A DNA stretch of 64,000 nucleotides from a virus. Lineage: Duplodnaviria; Caudoviricetes. Both the position numbers and the translations under genes were made by a program. Of the stretch, positions 19,271 through 28,528 are shown in pieces. The stretch covers positions 1 through 64,000 of the IMG/VR virus record IMGVR_UViG_2873063797_000001. One strand, 5' to 3'. How positions within the stretch are numbered: position 1 is the first letter of the stretch; every line of letters starts with the position of its first letter. The notes under the pieces were generated by a model. It was not told the DNA's origin. It ran no database searches and worked only from the letters and a program-made list of their open reading frames with translations.

Positions 19271-19500
19271 GCGAGCGTCGGGCCCGGACTGGTGAACTGT
19301 GCACCTGCGGACGACAGGCCGTCACCGTCTATTCCAACACTCGGTTCGGCGACGTCGGACATTGCGCAGTCGAAGGCGCAGCGTTCCAGCCTGTTTTGCC
19401 GTGCCCGTGGTGCGGGACGAACGAGCCACACGAAGAGTCCTGGGGCGACCCGGCGCGCTGCCCCAACTACACCCTCCGACCGCCGGCCACCCGACCGTGA
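19267..19500 (+). CDS. Cys-rich hypothetical protein
   Basis: GTGA coupling to the upstream gene. Confidence 0.6.
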   Translation: MSERRARTGELCTCGRQAVTVYSNTRFGDVGHCAVEGAAFQPVLPCPWCGTNEPHEESWGDPARCPNYTLRPPATRP

Positions 19501-19645
19501 GAGCCGTCAATCTGTAGAGCGCGTCTGACGGGCGTTCACCGCCCTCCCAGGGCAGCATGGGTGCCGCGCCCCCGGCACCGGGGGATAGCGCCCGCAGAGC
19601 GCCCCCACGACCCGCCCCTACGCGGCGAGGGGAAAGCTGGAGGAC

Positions 19646-19674
19646 ACCCCCGGGACATCTGCCCGGGGGTTTTC
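19646..19674 (+). terminator. Intrinsic terminator
   Basis: acccccggg / cccgggggt stem followed by a T-run. Confidence 0.6.
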
Positions 19675-19688
19675 TCATACCCACGCTC

Positions 19689-19720
19689 GTAGAGCCATGG
19701 CGTTCGCCATAGATTATGAG
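19689..19720 (+). promoter_or_regulatory. Conserved promoter/operator copy
   Basis: GTAGAG-CCATGG CGTTCG CCATAG-ATTATGAG; 26/32 identity to the 34218 copy. Confidence 0.7.
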
Positions 19721-19822
19721 TTAGTCTGGCATCCACAGGACCACCACGCGCAGGGGGCAACACACCCCCACCGACCGCGACATCCTGACCACACCCCGGC
19801 CCCGAACACGGGAGACCCCTCC

Positions 19823-20302
19823 ATGAACGACACCCACAAGCCCGCACCGTTCTACTGGGACGCCGAGACCAACCACTGCCCCCACAAGCCCATCCCCCCG
19901 CGCAACACCGACGCCTGGGACCAGTGGATGGCCCTGGGCCACCAGCCCTACGACGACGGCATCCTCTGCCTGTCCGCACCCGCCGCCACCTGCTGCCCGG
20001 CCTGCTCTGCCGAGCACGGCGACATGGTGCCCTGGGAGCGCTGCGAGGGCCGCGACCACATCCGTCCGGCGCGCGGCATCGCCCCCAACCCGGAGATCGA
20101 GCACCAGGCGATCCCAGTCTGGGTCGGCAGTCTGGAGTGCCTGGAGCGGGAGTGTGAGGACTTCTTCACCGACGACGGCGCCGAGAAGTTCGACGTCGAA
20201 GCGTGCTCGCACGTCCGCGAGGAGACCGCGTGTTCGTGCCAGGCCCTCGGGTCGGGTGAGTACTCGCTGGGGTCGCGCCCGGCACTGACCGCCGCCGTGT
20301 GA
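19823..20302 (+). CDS. Cys-rich hypothetical protein
   Basis: GGAG RBS; multiple Cys pairs. Confidence 0.7.
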   Translation: MNDTHKPAPFYWDAETNHCPHKPIPPRNTDAWDQWMALGHQPYDDGILCLSAPAATCCPACSAEHGDMVPWERCEGRDHIRPARGIAPNPEIEHQAIPVWVGSLECLERECEDFFTDDGAEKFDVEACSHVREETACSCQALGSGEYSLGSRPALTAAV

Positions 20303-20379
20303 AGGCAAGCCGGCCCGGGGCGCGCTTATCGCCCCGGGCCTGGCCCTGATCATCCCACCCCGACCCGCTGGAGGATCCG

Positions 20380-20934
20380 ATGACCGACCAGACCACCGCT
20401 GACACCCGCGAGCACCTGCGCCTGCTGGCGCTGAGCCTGGCCACGGGCTCGGCCCTCGTCGAGCCGAGCGTGTTCGACGCCGCGATCGATGCGCACCGGG
20501 CCGCCGTCCTCCGTGAAGTCGAGGCCGCCCTGAGCGAGCGGGCGAAGCGCCTCACGGGCGAGTTCAACGACAGCGACATCCTCCACGAGGACGGCCCGGC
20601 CGCCACCGTTGCGACGTGGAAGCGCGCGGCCGAGCTGGCGCGCCGCATGGCCGACGAGACGGCAGCCACCGAGACGCAGGTCGCCGTTCCCGTGCAGCAC
20701 GCGCCCGGCAAGGCCATCCGGTGCCCCGACTGCCGCACCAAGGGCTACACGGTCTGCCAGGACGAGCCTGCCGTCACCGTGCACGCCTGCCCCGGCGCCG
20801 ACGACAACGGCTTCAGCCCCTGCTGCAAGCGCCCGCCCTTCGAGTTCCGAGGCGAGCGCCTGACCCGCGATCCCGACAAGGTCACCTGCACCGGGCCCGC
20901 CGCCGGGGCGCGGCAGGACGGGAGCGCGTCATGA
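20380..20934 (+). CDS. Hypothetical protein
   Basis: GGAGG RBS; codon bias. Confidence 0.75.
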   Translation: MTDQTTADTREHLRLLALSLATGSALVEPSVFDAAIDAHRAAVLREVEAALSERAKRLTGEFNDSDILHEDGPAATVATWKRAAELARRMADETAATETQVAVPVQHAPGKAIRCPDCRTKGYTVCQDEPAVTVHACPGADDNGFSPCCKRPPFEFRGERLTRDPDKVTCTGPAAGARQDGSAS

Positions 20935-21125
20935 CCGCCTTCGTGCGCGCCTTCGTCTTCTGCGACGGCTGCGGCCAGCCGCTCGACAACGACACCGTGC
21001 CGTCTGCCCGCAGCATCAGCGAGGCCCTACGCGACGCCAAGCGGCGCAGCTGGGTCCGCAAGCGCGGCGGCCGTGACCTCTGCGAGGGCTGCGCCGCCGG
21101 GGCGCGGCAGGACGGGGCGCAGTGA
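20931..21125 (+). CDS. Small zinc-finger protein
   Basis: ATGA coupling; CDGC...CEGC. Confidence 0.7.
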   Translation: MTAFVRAFVFCDGCGQPLDNDTVPSARSISEALRDAKRRSWVRKRGGRDLCEGCAAGARQDGAQ

Positions 21126-21247
21126 TGCCGACCTGCCCGACCTGCGGCGCCAAGAACATCATCGTCCGGCTACGCCGCTGGCCCTGGCGCCGCACCCAGT
21201 GGTGGCGCTGCTACGGCTGCTTCAACAAGTTCCAACAGGAGGCGTGA
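21125..21247 (+). CDS. 40-aa zinc-ribbon protein
   Basis: TGATG coupling at both ends; CPTC...CYGC. Confidence 0.6.
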   Translation: MPTCPTCGAKNIIVRLRRWPWRRTQWWRCYGCFNKFQQEA

Positions 21248-21582
21248 TGGACACACCAGTCAAGGTCGGACGCTGCCAGCACTGCCAACAGATCCGCCCC
21301 GTCTTCCCCTACACCGCCACCTTCGACAACGGCGACCCCATCTGGACCACCCCCTGCCCCGAATACTGGACCCACCACACCGTCTGGCTCTGCGCCCGCG
21401 ACTGGAGCCACGCCGAAACCTGCCGGGTCAACGGCCGCACCTTCCACATCGAACACGGCCTCGTCATCTTCACGCAGGACCAGCCGCGTACCCGGATCTG
21501 GGCCGGCGGCCGCGAGCTACTCACCCAAGCCGACGAAGACCTCACCACCTGCAAGGCCATCCTGGCCGTAACGGAGGCATGA
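21247..21582 (+). CDS. Hypothetical protein
   Basis: Coupled; CQHC motif. Confidence 0.65.
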   Translation: MDTPVKVGRCQHCQQIRPVFPYTATFDNGDPIWTTPCPEYWTHHTVWLCARDWSHAETCRVNGRTFHIEHGLVIFTQDQPRTRIWAGGRELLTQADEDLTTCKAILAVTEA

Positions 21583-21953
21583 TGCCGAAGCGAGTCCAGC
21601 GCCGCCGCATCAGGGGCTGGCGCGCCCCCGACGGCGCCGTCTACGTCGGCCGCGGCACCCGCTGGGGCAACCCGTTCATGCTCGCCCCTGCCGCATCTCA
21701 GCGAGGCGGCCTGCTGGACATGTGGGCCGTCGAGTATCGGGGCCGCAAGCTCGGCCGCTGGGACGACAGCGCGGACGCCCGCGCGGACGCCGCTGACCGG
21801 TATCGCCGGTGGATCCAGGAGGCCGAGCAGGGCGACCTCGCCGAGGCCGCGCGCGCCGAGCTGTCCGGCCGGGACCTCATGTGCTGGTGCCCGCCCGGCG
21901 AACCGTGCCACGCCGACGTCCTGCTGGAGGTCGCGAACCGGGCGGCGCCGTGA
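21579..21953 (+). CDS. DUF4326-like protein
   Basis: VYVGRGTRWGNPF ... L.GRDL.CWCP..PCHADVL. Confidence 0.85.
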   Translation: MMPKRVQRRRIRGWRAPDGAVYVGRGTRWGNPFMLAPAASQRGGLLDMWAVEYRGRKLGRWDDSADARADAADRYRRWIQEAEQGDLAEAARAELSGRDLMCWCPPGEPCHADVLLEVANRAAP

Positions 21954-22192
21954 CCGATCGGTTCACGCGCTGCCGGTATTGCCCCCGCATGCTGACCAGC
22001 GAGGAGTCGATACGCCGGGGGTATGGCGAGAAGTGCGGCCGGGACCGCGGCCTCATCCCACCGAAGCGACGCCCCGCAGCCCGGCCCCGCGTCCGCCGGC
22101 TCCCCGCGCCCGTCCCACCCGCACCCGACGCACTCCCCGGACAAGACGCCCTCGACCTCTTCTACATGCAGCCCACCCTCGACTCGATCTGA
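21950..22192 (+). CDS. DUF6011-like zinc-finger protein
   Basis: CRYC.RML...S..RGYG..C. Confidence 0.7.
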   Translation: MTDRFTRCRYCPRMLTSEESIRRGYGEKCGRDRGLIPPKRRPAARPRVRRLPAPVPPAPDALPGQDALDLFYMQPTLDSI

Positions 22193-22201
22193 AGGAATCT
22201 C

Positions 22202-23056
22202 GTGACAGACCAGCCGACCGCCTGGGACCGCCTCCACGACATGATCGACACCACCAAGGCCGAAGCCGCCAACACCACCCCCTCCACCGCCATAGCCGAC
22301 GCCATCCGCGAATCCGTCGTCAACGCCCCCTCCCTCCGGAACTGCCTCTACCCCGGCTGCCTCCAAGAGTTCGACATGGCCGCCCGCATGAACGGACGCG
22401 AACCCGCCCGCCCCTCCTGGTCCGGCGACGGCTGGCACCAGGTCACCCGCGGCCCCTCCCCCGGCTCCCTCTGCCCCGACCACGTCGCCATCGTCACCCG
22501 GCACCTCCCCCGCACCGTCGACCTTCCCAACGGCCGCTGGATGGTCGCCTGCGCCTGCACCTGGATGTCCCGCCCGCAGACGTACGGCGGACTCCTCCGC
22601 CCCCTGTGGGAGGAACACCTCCTCCTCGCCGCCGGCGAGCTGCCCGCCCCGGTCACGCTCGCCGAGACACCCGGCCGGATACCGCTCGCCGACCACACCG
22701 AGGACAGCCTCCGCGACCTGTACGAGGCCCTGGAAGACACCGAACACGACCGTGCTGAGACCCGTGAGGCCGCACAGGCCATGTACAAGTCGTGGGACTG
22801 GCACCGGAAGGCCCTCGGAGGCGCTGCACGGGCCGTCACGGCCGTCCGCAACCACATGCGTACTTCCTCCACCGACTGGGCTGCCGAACGTTCCACCGCC
22901 TACCTGTGGGGCGTCCTCATCGGCTGGGACGACGACGTCCTCGAGGAGCTCGCCGTCAAGCACCGGTGGAACGAGCACCGCGTGAAGTACGTGCGCGAGA
23001 TGCGCGCCCTCCTGGCCCCCGTCACCGACTCGCCGCAGGGCCAGGACAACGCGTGA
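22202..23056 (+). CDS. Hypothetical protein
   Basis: AAGGA RBS; codon bias. Confidence 0.75.
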   Translation: MTDQPTAWDRLHDMIDTTKAEAANTTPSTAIADAIRESVVNAPSLRNCLYPGCLQEFDMAARMNGREPARPSWSGDGWHQVTRGPSPGSLCPDHVAIVTRHLPRTVDLPNGRWMVACACTWMSRPQTYGGLLRPLWEEHLLLAAGELPAPVTLAETPGRIPLADHTEDSLRDLYEALEDTEHDRAETREAAQAMYKSWDWHRKALGGAARAVTAVRNHMRTSSTDWAAERSTAYLWGVLIGWDDDVLEELAVKHRWNEHRVKYVREMRALLAPVTDSPQGQDNA

Positions 23057-23060
23057 CCGG

Positions 23061-24191
23061 TCAGGCGGTCTTCTCGTACTCTGCCCCCGCCGGCCCGTCC
23101 GCGGGGGCACTGTCGTCGACCCGGCAATCCGGGGACTGCGCATACTGGAAGATCAGCGAGTTCATCGTCGACACCCCCCACAACGCTTTCAGGTCGGCGA
23201 CTTCCTCGGCGAGCTTCCGCTCCGACACGCCCAACCGGCGGGCTACCGTCGCCTGCTGCGCGCCCTCGCACAGGTTCCGCATGATCTCCCGCTGCCTGCG
23301 GGTCGTACGGACCCCGTCCAGGCCGGAGCCGGCCACGCCGATCGACTCCCGCATGTCCCCGCGGCGCTTACGGAGCTGCCCCATCCACGGCCGGGCACGC
23401 CTCCACGTTTCCTCGAACGCCCGCGCCAGCATCACCACCGCGGCAGGATCAGTGATCAGCCACGCGGCATGCGGCGGGGAACCCTCCACCAGGTAGTCGG
23501 GGACGACAGCCGTCTCCCGATCCACGATGATCATCCGTTCGAACTTGCCCGGCATCGTCCGGTACTGCGCCGACCTCCCGGGCCCTCGAGTCGACATCGT
23601 CTGCGCGAACGCCGCGGTCGGCCCGTGGTCTCGGACCGTGTCCCGGTAGACCGTCCGCAACACCACACCGCGGTCCAGAGCAGCCGCATCCCGCGGCGCC
23701 GCCACGTCCAGCAGGGCCTGGTCCCGGGGGCCGCCCGGCTGTGCGGCCAGGATCTCTCGCCTCGCGCCGCCGACCACGTCCTGGAGTCGGGCGTTCACCA
23801 CCGCCTGGTCGTCCAGGTACACGGAGGCGCCGCCCGGGATGCGCAGCTGCACCGCGTCGTACGCCTGGGTGAGCTGCGCCGACAATTCCGGCAGCGCCCG
23901 CAGCAGGGCCACCTGCTTCTCCGCGGCCTCGAGGACGTCGTCGAATCGGCGCTGCAACGCGCCCTTCGGGTCCCGGACCGCCGGCACCACACCCGCGGCG
24001 TCGGGGGTGATGAGGCCCCACTCGACCAACTCGGCACGAGCCTCGGGGTGCTGGGTGGTGAGCAGCTTGACTTGTTCGGCATTTCGAATTGCGCAGGCCC
24101 CGTACAGGCGCAACGCATTCGGCGACAATTCCCGACCGTTACCGTGCGCATCAGCTATGGCCAAAGCCTTGAATCCCCCGTCACACCACAC
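23061..24191 (-). CDS. TrmB-like / LuxR C-terminal HTH transcriptional regulator (start may be TTG at 24164)
   Basis: Central PLD-like segment ERMIIVDRETAVV; C-terminal TRRQREIMRNL..G.....VARRLGVSER HTH. Confidence 0.85.
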   Translation of the reverse strand: MWCDGGFKALAIADAHGNGRELSPNALRLYGACAIRNAEQVKLLTTQHPEARAELVEWGLITPDAAGVVPAVRDPKGALQRRFDDVLEAAEKQVALLRALPELSAQLTQAYDAVQLRIPGGASVYLDDQAVVNARLQDVVGGARREILAAQPGGPRDQALLDVAAPRDAAALDRGVVLRTVYRDTVRDHGPTAAFAQTMSTRGPGRSAQYRTMPGKFERMIIVDRETAVVPDYLVEGSPPHAAWLITDPAAVVMLARAFEETWRRARPWMGQLRKRRGDMRESIGVAGSGLDGVRTTRRQREIMRNLCEGAQQATVARRLGVSERKLAEEVADLKALWGVSTMNSLIFQYAQSPDCRVDDSAPADGPAGAEYEKTA

Positions 24192-24436
24192 AGATCAACT
24201 GCGGATTCCCGCACTGCGAACACCCGCACGAACCAGCCGTTGAAGACTCAAACAGCGTACGGCAACGTAGCCATGGGGCGTCCCCCGACGCTCGTACCCC
24301 ACATCCTCCCCACACCCAACAACAACTACTGCCAGGTTGTTGAAGGCAAAAGGGGACTCGCAGCAGGATGAGGAACACGAGAACTCGGGCCAGGCGCCCC
24401 ACTATGCATTCCCCAACCGACAGAAAGGACGACCCT

Positions 24437-24664
24437 GTGAAGCAGCCCCTGCGAAGGCTCCTCGCCGGCCTGTCCCTCACCGCCGCGACCCTCGGCGGCA
24501 CCCTCGCCGCCACCGGAACAGCCGCAGCCACGGCCCCGCCTGACACCGCATGGGGCGCACCCGCCCCCACCACCGGCGACGACGGTACCGACGACACCGC
24601 CTGGGGCACCCCGCCCACCACCGGCGGCCCGTCCGTCACCCCGCTCGACACCGCCTGGGGCTAG
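24437..24664 (+). CDS. Secreted peptide precursor with three DTAWG repeats
   Basis: GAAAGGA RBS, GTG; Sec-type signal KQPLRRLLAGLSLTAATLGGTLAATGTAAA; repeats at 24542, 24593, 24647. Confidence 0.85.
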   Translation: MKQPLRRLLAGLSLTAATLGGTLAATGTAAATAPPDTAWGAPAPTTGDDGTDDTAWGTPPTTGGPSVTPLDTAWG

Positions 24665-24770
24665 ACCCCGGCACGCCCCAGACCGGCCCGGCAGCACGCC
24701 CCCAGCACCGCTGCCGGGCCACCCCCATGAGGAGGCAACGTCCGCCCGGAAACCCGGCACCGTAGAGGGC

Positions 24771-25358
24771 ATGGCACCTTCCCCCGAACCACAAGCCGTC
24801 GACTACAACGGCCGCCCCCTCCACGTCGGCGACACCGTCGCCTACATCGGCATCGACCCCGTCCGCCTCTGCGAAGGCCGCGTCGTCGTCACCAGCCCTC
24901 GCAACATCTGCATCGAATCCGGTCCCCACCTCATCACCTTCAGCGGCCACCCCGCCTCGCTCGGCACCCCTCCGCCACGCCCCCTGGACGGCACCGTCAC
25001 CCGCAACAAGCAGGAGCAGGAGCCATTCCAGTACCCGCAGGTCGCCCTGACCGACACGGAGAACCGCTACAGCAGCGTCGGACTGTACGTCGGCGACCGC
25101 GATCTACCCGCCGACGTTGTGCAGGGCGAAATGATCTCGGAGTCCGGTCCCCGCGTCGTCCTCGACGAGAACGAACGCCGGCACCAGGCCGTCATCGACC
25201 GCGTGGACGAGCTACTCGCCGTCATCGAGCGGGTGCGCGCCTTCGCGGCCCGGCTGGAAGAGTTCGCCGAGAACGCCCTCCGAGACGACGACCGGAAGCT
25301 CTACGCGGCTGTTGCCAGCGATCTCCGTGCCCGCATCGACCGTGAGGAAGGGCAATGA
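24771..25358 (+). CDS. Hypothetical protein
   Basis: Codon bias; coupled to the next gene. Confidence 0.7.
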   Translation: MAPSPEPQAVDYNGRPLHVGDTVAYIGIDPVRLCEGRVVVTSPRNICIESGPHLITFSGHPASLGTPPPRPLDGTVTRNKQEQEPFQYPQVALTDTENRYSSVGLYVGDRDLPADVVQGEMISESGPRVVLDENERRHQAVIDRVDELLAVIERVRAFAARLEEFAENALRDDDRKLYAAVASDLRARIDREEGQ

Positions 25359-25795
25359 GCGGCGAGACCAAGACCTTCGGCACCGTGGGGGTCATCGCCT
25401 GGCTCATCACAGCCGTCGCAGCCGTCGACATGGCACTCGGGAATCCATCCGCGATCAACGGCGTCATCGGCGCCGGCGTGGGAGCAGCAGCCTTCACGTG
25501 GATGGCCTGGACGATGCACCGCGAGGACGAACTCGATCGTCCTCAACCGGTCGTTCCGCGCGTCGACCTGAACCGGATCGCGGTCCTGGAGCACGAACTC
25601 CTCGGCATCACGCCCGAGCCCGGTACCCCAGCCGCTCACGCCGTGGCCAGGGCGCAGCCCGTCGATCCGGCTGCGTGTCCCCACGACGATGTCATCGACG
25701 TCACCGAGATGGGGCAGGCGCGCGACATGGGCCTGTGTGAGCGCTGCGGCGCCGGGATGGTTGCCGACGACGAAGGAGGATGGCAGCGTCCATGA
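25355..25795 (+). CDS. Membrane protein (two TM) with a C-terminal Cys motif
   Basis: Hydrophobic N-terminus; ATGA coupling. Confidence 0.7.
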   Translation: MSGETKTFGTVGVIAWLITAVAAVDMALGNPSAINGVIGAGVGAAAFTWMAWTMHREDELDRPQPVVPRVDLNRIAVLEHELLGITPEPGTPAAHAVARAQPVDPAACPHDDVIDVTEMGQARDMGLCERCGAGMVADDEGGWQRP

Positions 25796-26085
25796 CAGAA
25801 GAACCAGAGGAGGGGACGTACGAGCCGGTCATGCTGATCGTGCTCGCCAAGAGCAACGGCGGCCCCTACGACGACGCAGCCGTAGTAGCCGGGATGACGT
25901 GCGGCGCCCTGGAGAAGGAACTCGCCATGACGGCGGCCTTGAACACGCTGCCTCACGAGCGGTACATCGACGGCCCTCTGATCAAGCAGACGGATCTCAT
26001 CGCCATGCGGCACGGGTACAAGCTCGTCGTGGGCGAGGTCGACGAGGCGTCCGGCTGGCAGCACGTGGCGTTCGACTGGGCGTAG
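25792..26085 (+). CDS. Hypothetical protein
   Basis: ATGA coupling. Confidence 0.7.
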   Translation: MTEEPEEGTYEPVMLIVLAKSNGGPYDDAAVVAGMTCGALEKELAMTAALNTLPHERYIDGPLIKQTDLIAMRHGYKLVVGEVDEASGWQHVAFDWA

Positions 26086-26141
26086 CGGGACCCCTTAGGC
26101 AGGGGGCAACACCGCGCCGGAATGTGCTGAGACTGAGGTGT

Positions 26142-26909
26142 ATGCCTCGCATACCCGCACGAACCCGCCCCCTCTGCACCCTCGGCGGGATACTCGCCGG
26201 CGTCCTCACCCTCACCGCCGCCACCCTCCCCACCCCCACCTACTCCGGGACCGGCTGGAAAGCCCTCACCCAACACGGGATCTACAGCCTCCACCCCGGC
26301 CCGTACGACATCGTCTGGGCCGACACCACCGCCCGCACCACACTCACCCGGTACTTCAAGCTGCCCGCAGCGCAGGTCACCCGGTCCGTCGGCGTCCGCA
26401 TCAACATCACCACCACGCTCGACACCACGCCTCCGACCGCCTGCCCGGCCCGGCACCGCATCGTCGTCCACTACACGCACCAGCCCATGGGCCAGCCCGG
26501 CATGAGCCAAGCCCTCCCCTGCCACGCCACCGGCAACAACTCCGCGTGGGGCGGGCACATCCGCATGGACTCCGAGTACTGGACCGTGCCGACCTGGTTC
26601 GGGCCGTCCCCGACGGTGAACGAAGCCCGGAGGAAGGACGCGGCCGCGCACGAGCTGGGGCACATCCTCGGCCTCGACCACGCCAACACCGACATCGACC
26701 ACGACGGGGTCGTGGAGGCCGGGGAGTGCGTCGCCAAGAACGGGCTGCGACCGTTGATGTGCTCCCCGAACCGCGGCCTGCCACTGTCCAAGCCGGGCGG
26801 GGGCGCGGGCCCGTTCGTCCACACGCTGGAAGCCGGCCGGTTCTCCAAGGACTTCGACCTGCCCGGCCTGCGGCAACTCCTCGCCAACTACACGCTGCGC
26901 CAGAGCTGA
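26142..26909 (+). CDS. Secreted metzincin (matrixin/M10-like) zinc protease
   Basis: Signal peptide; HELGHILGLDH (HExxHxxGxxH) at 26649-26681; Met-turn-like PLMC. Confidence 0.85.
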   Translation: MPRIPARTRPLCTLGGILAGVLTLTAATLPTPTYSGTGWKALTQHGIYSLHPGPYDIVWADTTARTTLTRYFKLPAAQVTRSVGVRINITTTLDTTPPTACPARHRIVVHYTHQPMGQPGMSQALPCHATGNNSAWGGHIRMDSEYWTVPTWFGPSPTVNEARRKDAAAHELGHILGLDHANTDIDHDGVVEAGECVAKNGLRPLMCSPNRGLPLSKPGGGAGPFVHTLEAGRFSKDFDLPGLRQLLANYTLRQS

Positions 26910-27118
26910 GCTCGCGGTTCGGGGAACGGCTGTCAGTGGCGCGTGCCATGCTGAGCGTGGAACGTCTGCCGGGATCAGGCCGGGTCCGGGCAACCGCATC
27001 CCTCCCGCATCACGCCGCGCCCGTCGGGAATCACGCCGCAGCGGGGCAGAGGCCCCCGGAGACGTTCCCCGTCCGCCCCGCCCGCGCATCCCCCGTCGCG
27101 GCCGGGGCGGACGTACAT

Positions 27119-27304
27119 CTAGGCCTTCGGCGTCGGCAGCTCCCCCGGCTTCACCGGCACCCGCTCCACTTCGGTCGCGCCGGCATCCTTCAGCACCTTC
27201 TCCTGCCGATCCGCGGACACCCTGTCGTAGGCGACAGCCGACGCCCGCCGGGTACCGCCCGGATCGGTCCACGTGAAGCCGAAGCTCTCCATCTTGATCG
27301 TCAT
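27119..27304 (-). CDS. Small hypothetical protein
   Basis: AGGA RBS; codon bias. Confidence 0.6.
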   Translation of the reverse strand: MTIKMESFGFTWTDPGGTRRASAVAYDRVSADRQEKVLKDAGATEVERVPVKPGELPTPKA

Positions 27305-27342
27305 ACCGGCATCCTGCCTGCTGCCACTGACAACGGCCTCTG

Positions 27343-27678
27343 CTACTCCCGCAGCCCCGGCTCGGGGTTGCATACCCCGCACATCTCCACGACCAGCGTC
27401 TCGTCCGCCAACGCCTCCCCCACCTCGTGCCGCTCGAGGTAGCCGTGCTCGCCCTTCCAGATCCCGCACCCGCCCCGGTGCAGCACCGACCGGCGATCCC
27501 GGGCCGGCTCCAGCTTCCACCGGGCCTCCGCATACGCACGCTGCGCCTGCCGCTTCGCCTGCTCCATCTCCGCCTCCAGGGTGCGGATCTTCGCCCGGGT
27601 GTTGTTCAGCTGCCAGGCCAGCCACTCCTCGAGGGCGTGCAGCTTCGCGAGACGTTCATCCGGGGGCAGGTCGCTCAT
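27343..27678 (-). CDS. DUF6233-like protein
   Basis: L..L..WL..QL......I...W.LE...LH.G.C...C..C.P pattern. Confidence 0.7.
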   Translation of the reverse strand: MSDLPPDERLAKLHALEEWLAWQLNNTRAKIRTLEAEMEQAKRQAQRAYAEARWKLEPARDRRSVLHRGGCGIWKGEHGYLERHEVGEALADETLVVEMCGVCNPEPGLRE

Positions 27679-27700
27679 ACGTTCGAGTCTACGGACACAA

Positions 27701-27742
27701 GAAAAAGGCCCGCCACCTGGGGTGAAACAGGTGGCGGGCCTT
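27701..27742 (-). terminator. Intrinsic terminator
   Basis: 15-bp stem aaggcccgccacctg / caggtggcgggcctt with a T-run on the minus strand. Confidence 0.75.
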
Positions 27743-27751
27743 CGGGGCGTA

Positions 27752-28099
27752 TCACGGACGCGCTGCGGCGTACAGGGCTTCCACCTCGGCCTCGGCGGCA
27801 TCCACGTGCGGGTTGTCGCGCAGGTGCCAGTAGTTCGCCGGCTCGTCCGGCAGCCACTTCAGGTGCCGCTCGTACAGGTCGAGACCGGCGGTCGTGGCGA
27901 CGACGTCGCCGTCCTTCCGGCGGGCCAGGCCGCAGATCACGACGATACTCTCGTGCCAGTCGGCACCGAACAGGCTTTTCAGGTAGCGATGCCTGTCCAC
28001 GTGTTCCTGGTCTGCCGCCTCCTCAATGAGGCCCCGCAGGATGGCCAGGGCATGGAGGACGCTGATCCCTTTGGCATTTTCTGATCTCGCAGTCATCAC
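27752..28099 (-). CDS. Hypothetical protein
   Basis: Coupled to the upstream HTH gene. Confidence 0.65.
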   Translation of the reverse strand: MMTARSENAKGISVLHALAILRGLIEEAADQEHVDRHRYLKSLFGADWHESIVVICGLARRKDGDVVATTAGLDLYERHLKWLPDEPANYWHLRDNPHVDAAEAEVEALYAAARP

Positions 28100-28404
28100 T
28101 TGCCTCCCTTGCCCAGGGTGGGCTGCTTGTTCTGCTTCCCGGATTTGATGAGCTGGTCGACGAGCGCGATGGAGCTGCCGATCATCTCTGCGACCTGCTT
28201 GAGGGTGCGTCCTTCTTTGAGGCCGGCGACGGTTCGGGAGCGGTGGGCTTTGATTTCGCGGCCCATGTCAGGGAGGAGTTCCTCGAGTACGGTGCGTGCG
28301 GCCTGCTGGCGTTGTACGGGGTCTTCGATGGTGTCGAGGTCGTTGAGGACGGTGGTCGTGGTGTCGGTGATCTGGTGCCTGATCCGAGCGAGGGCGTCTT
28401 CCAT
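28096..28404 (-). CDS. Small HTH protein, probably leaderless
   Basis: RTLKQVAEMIGSSIALVDQLI HTH; ATG 6 nt after a TACCCT -10 box. Confidence 0.75.
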   Translation of the reverse strand: MEDALARIRHQITDTTTTVLNDLDTIEDPVQRQQAARTVLEELLPDMGREIKAHRSRTVAGLKEGRTLKQVAEMIGSSIALVDQLIKSGKQNKQPTLGKGGK

Positions 28405-28410
28405 GGGATG

Positions 28411-28477
28411 AGGGTAGGCGCCCACCCAACCAATTTCAAGGGGGGGCTTGACGTACTTCTAGACCCCCCTTTAAAGT
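28411..28477. promoter_or_regulatory. Back-to-back sigma70/HrdB-type promoters with an overlapping inverted repeat
   Basis: Minus: TTGAAA-N17-TACCCT; plus: TTGACG-N18-TAAAGT; 12/14 IR at 28438-28451 / 28458-28471. Confidence 0.7.
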
Positions 28478-28528
28478 GGAGTCATCGGAAAGCGGGACCG
28501 CCCCGCAACCCCACCCAAGGAGGACCCG

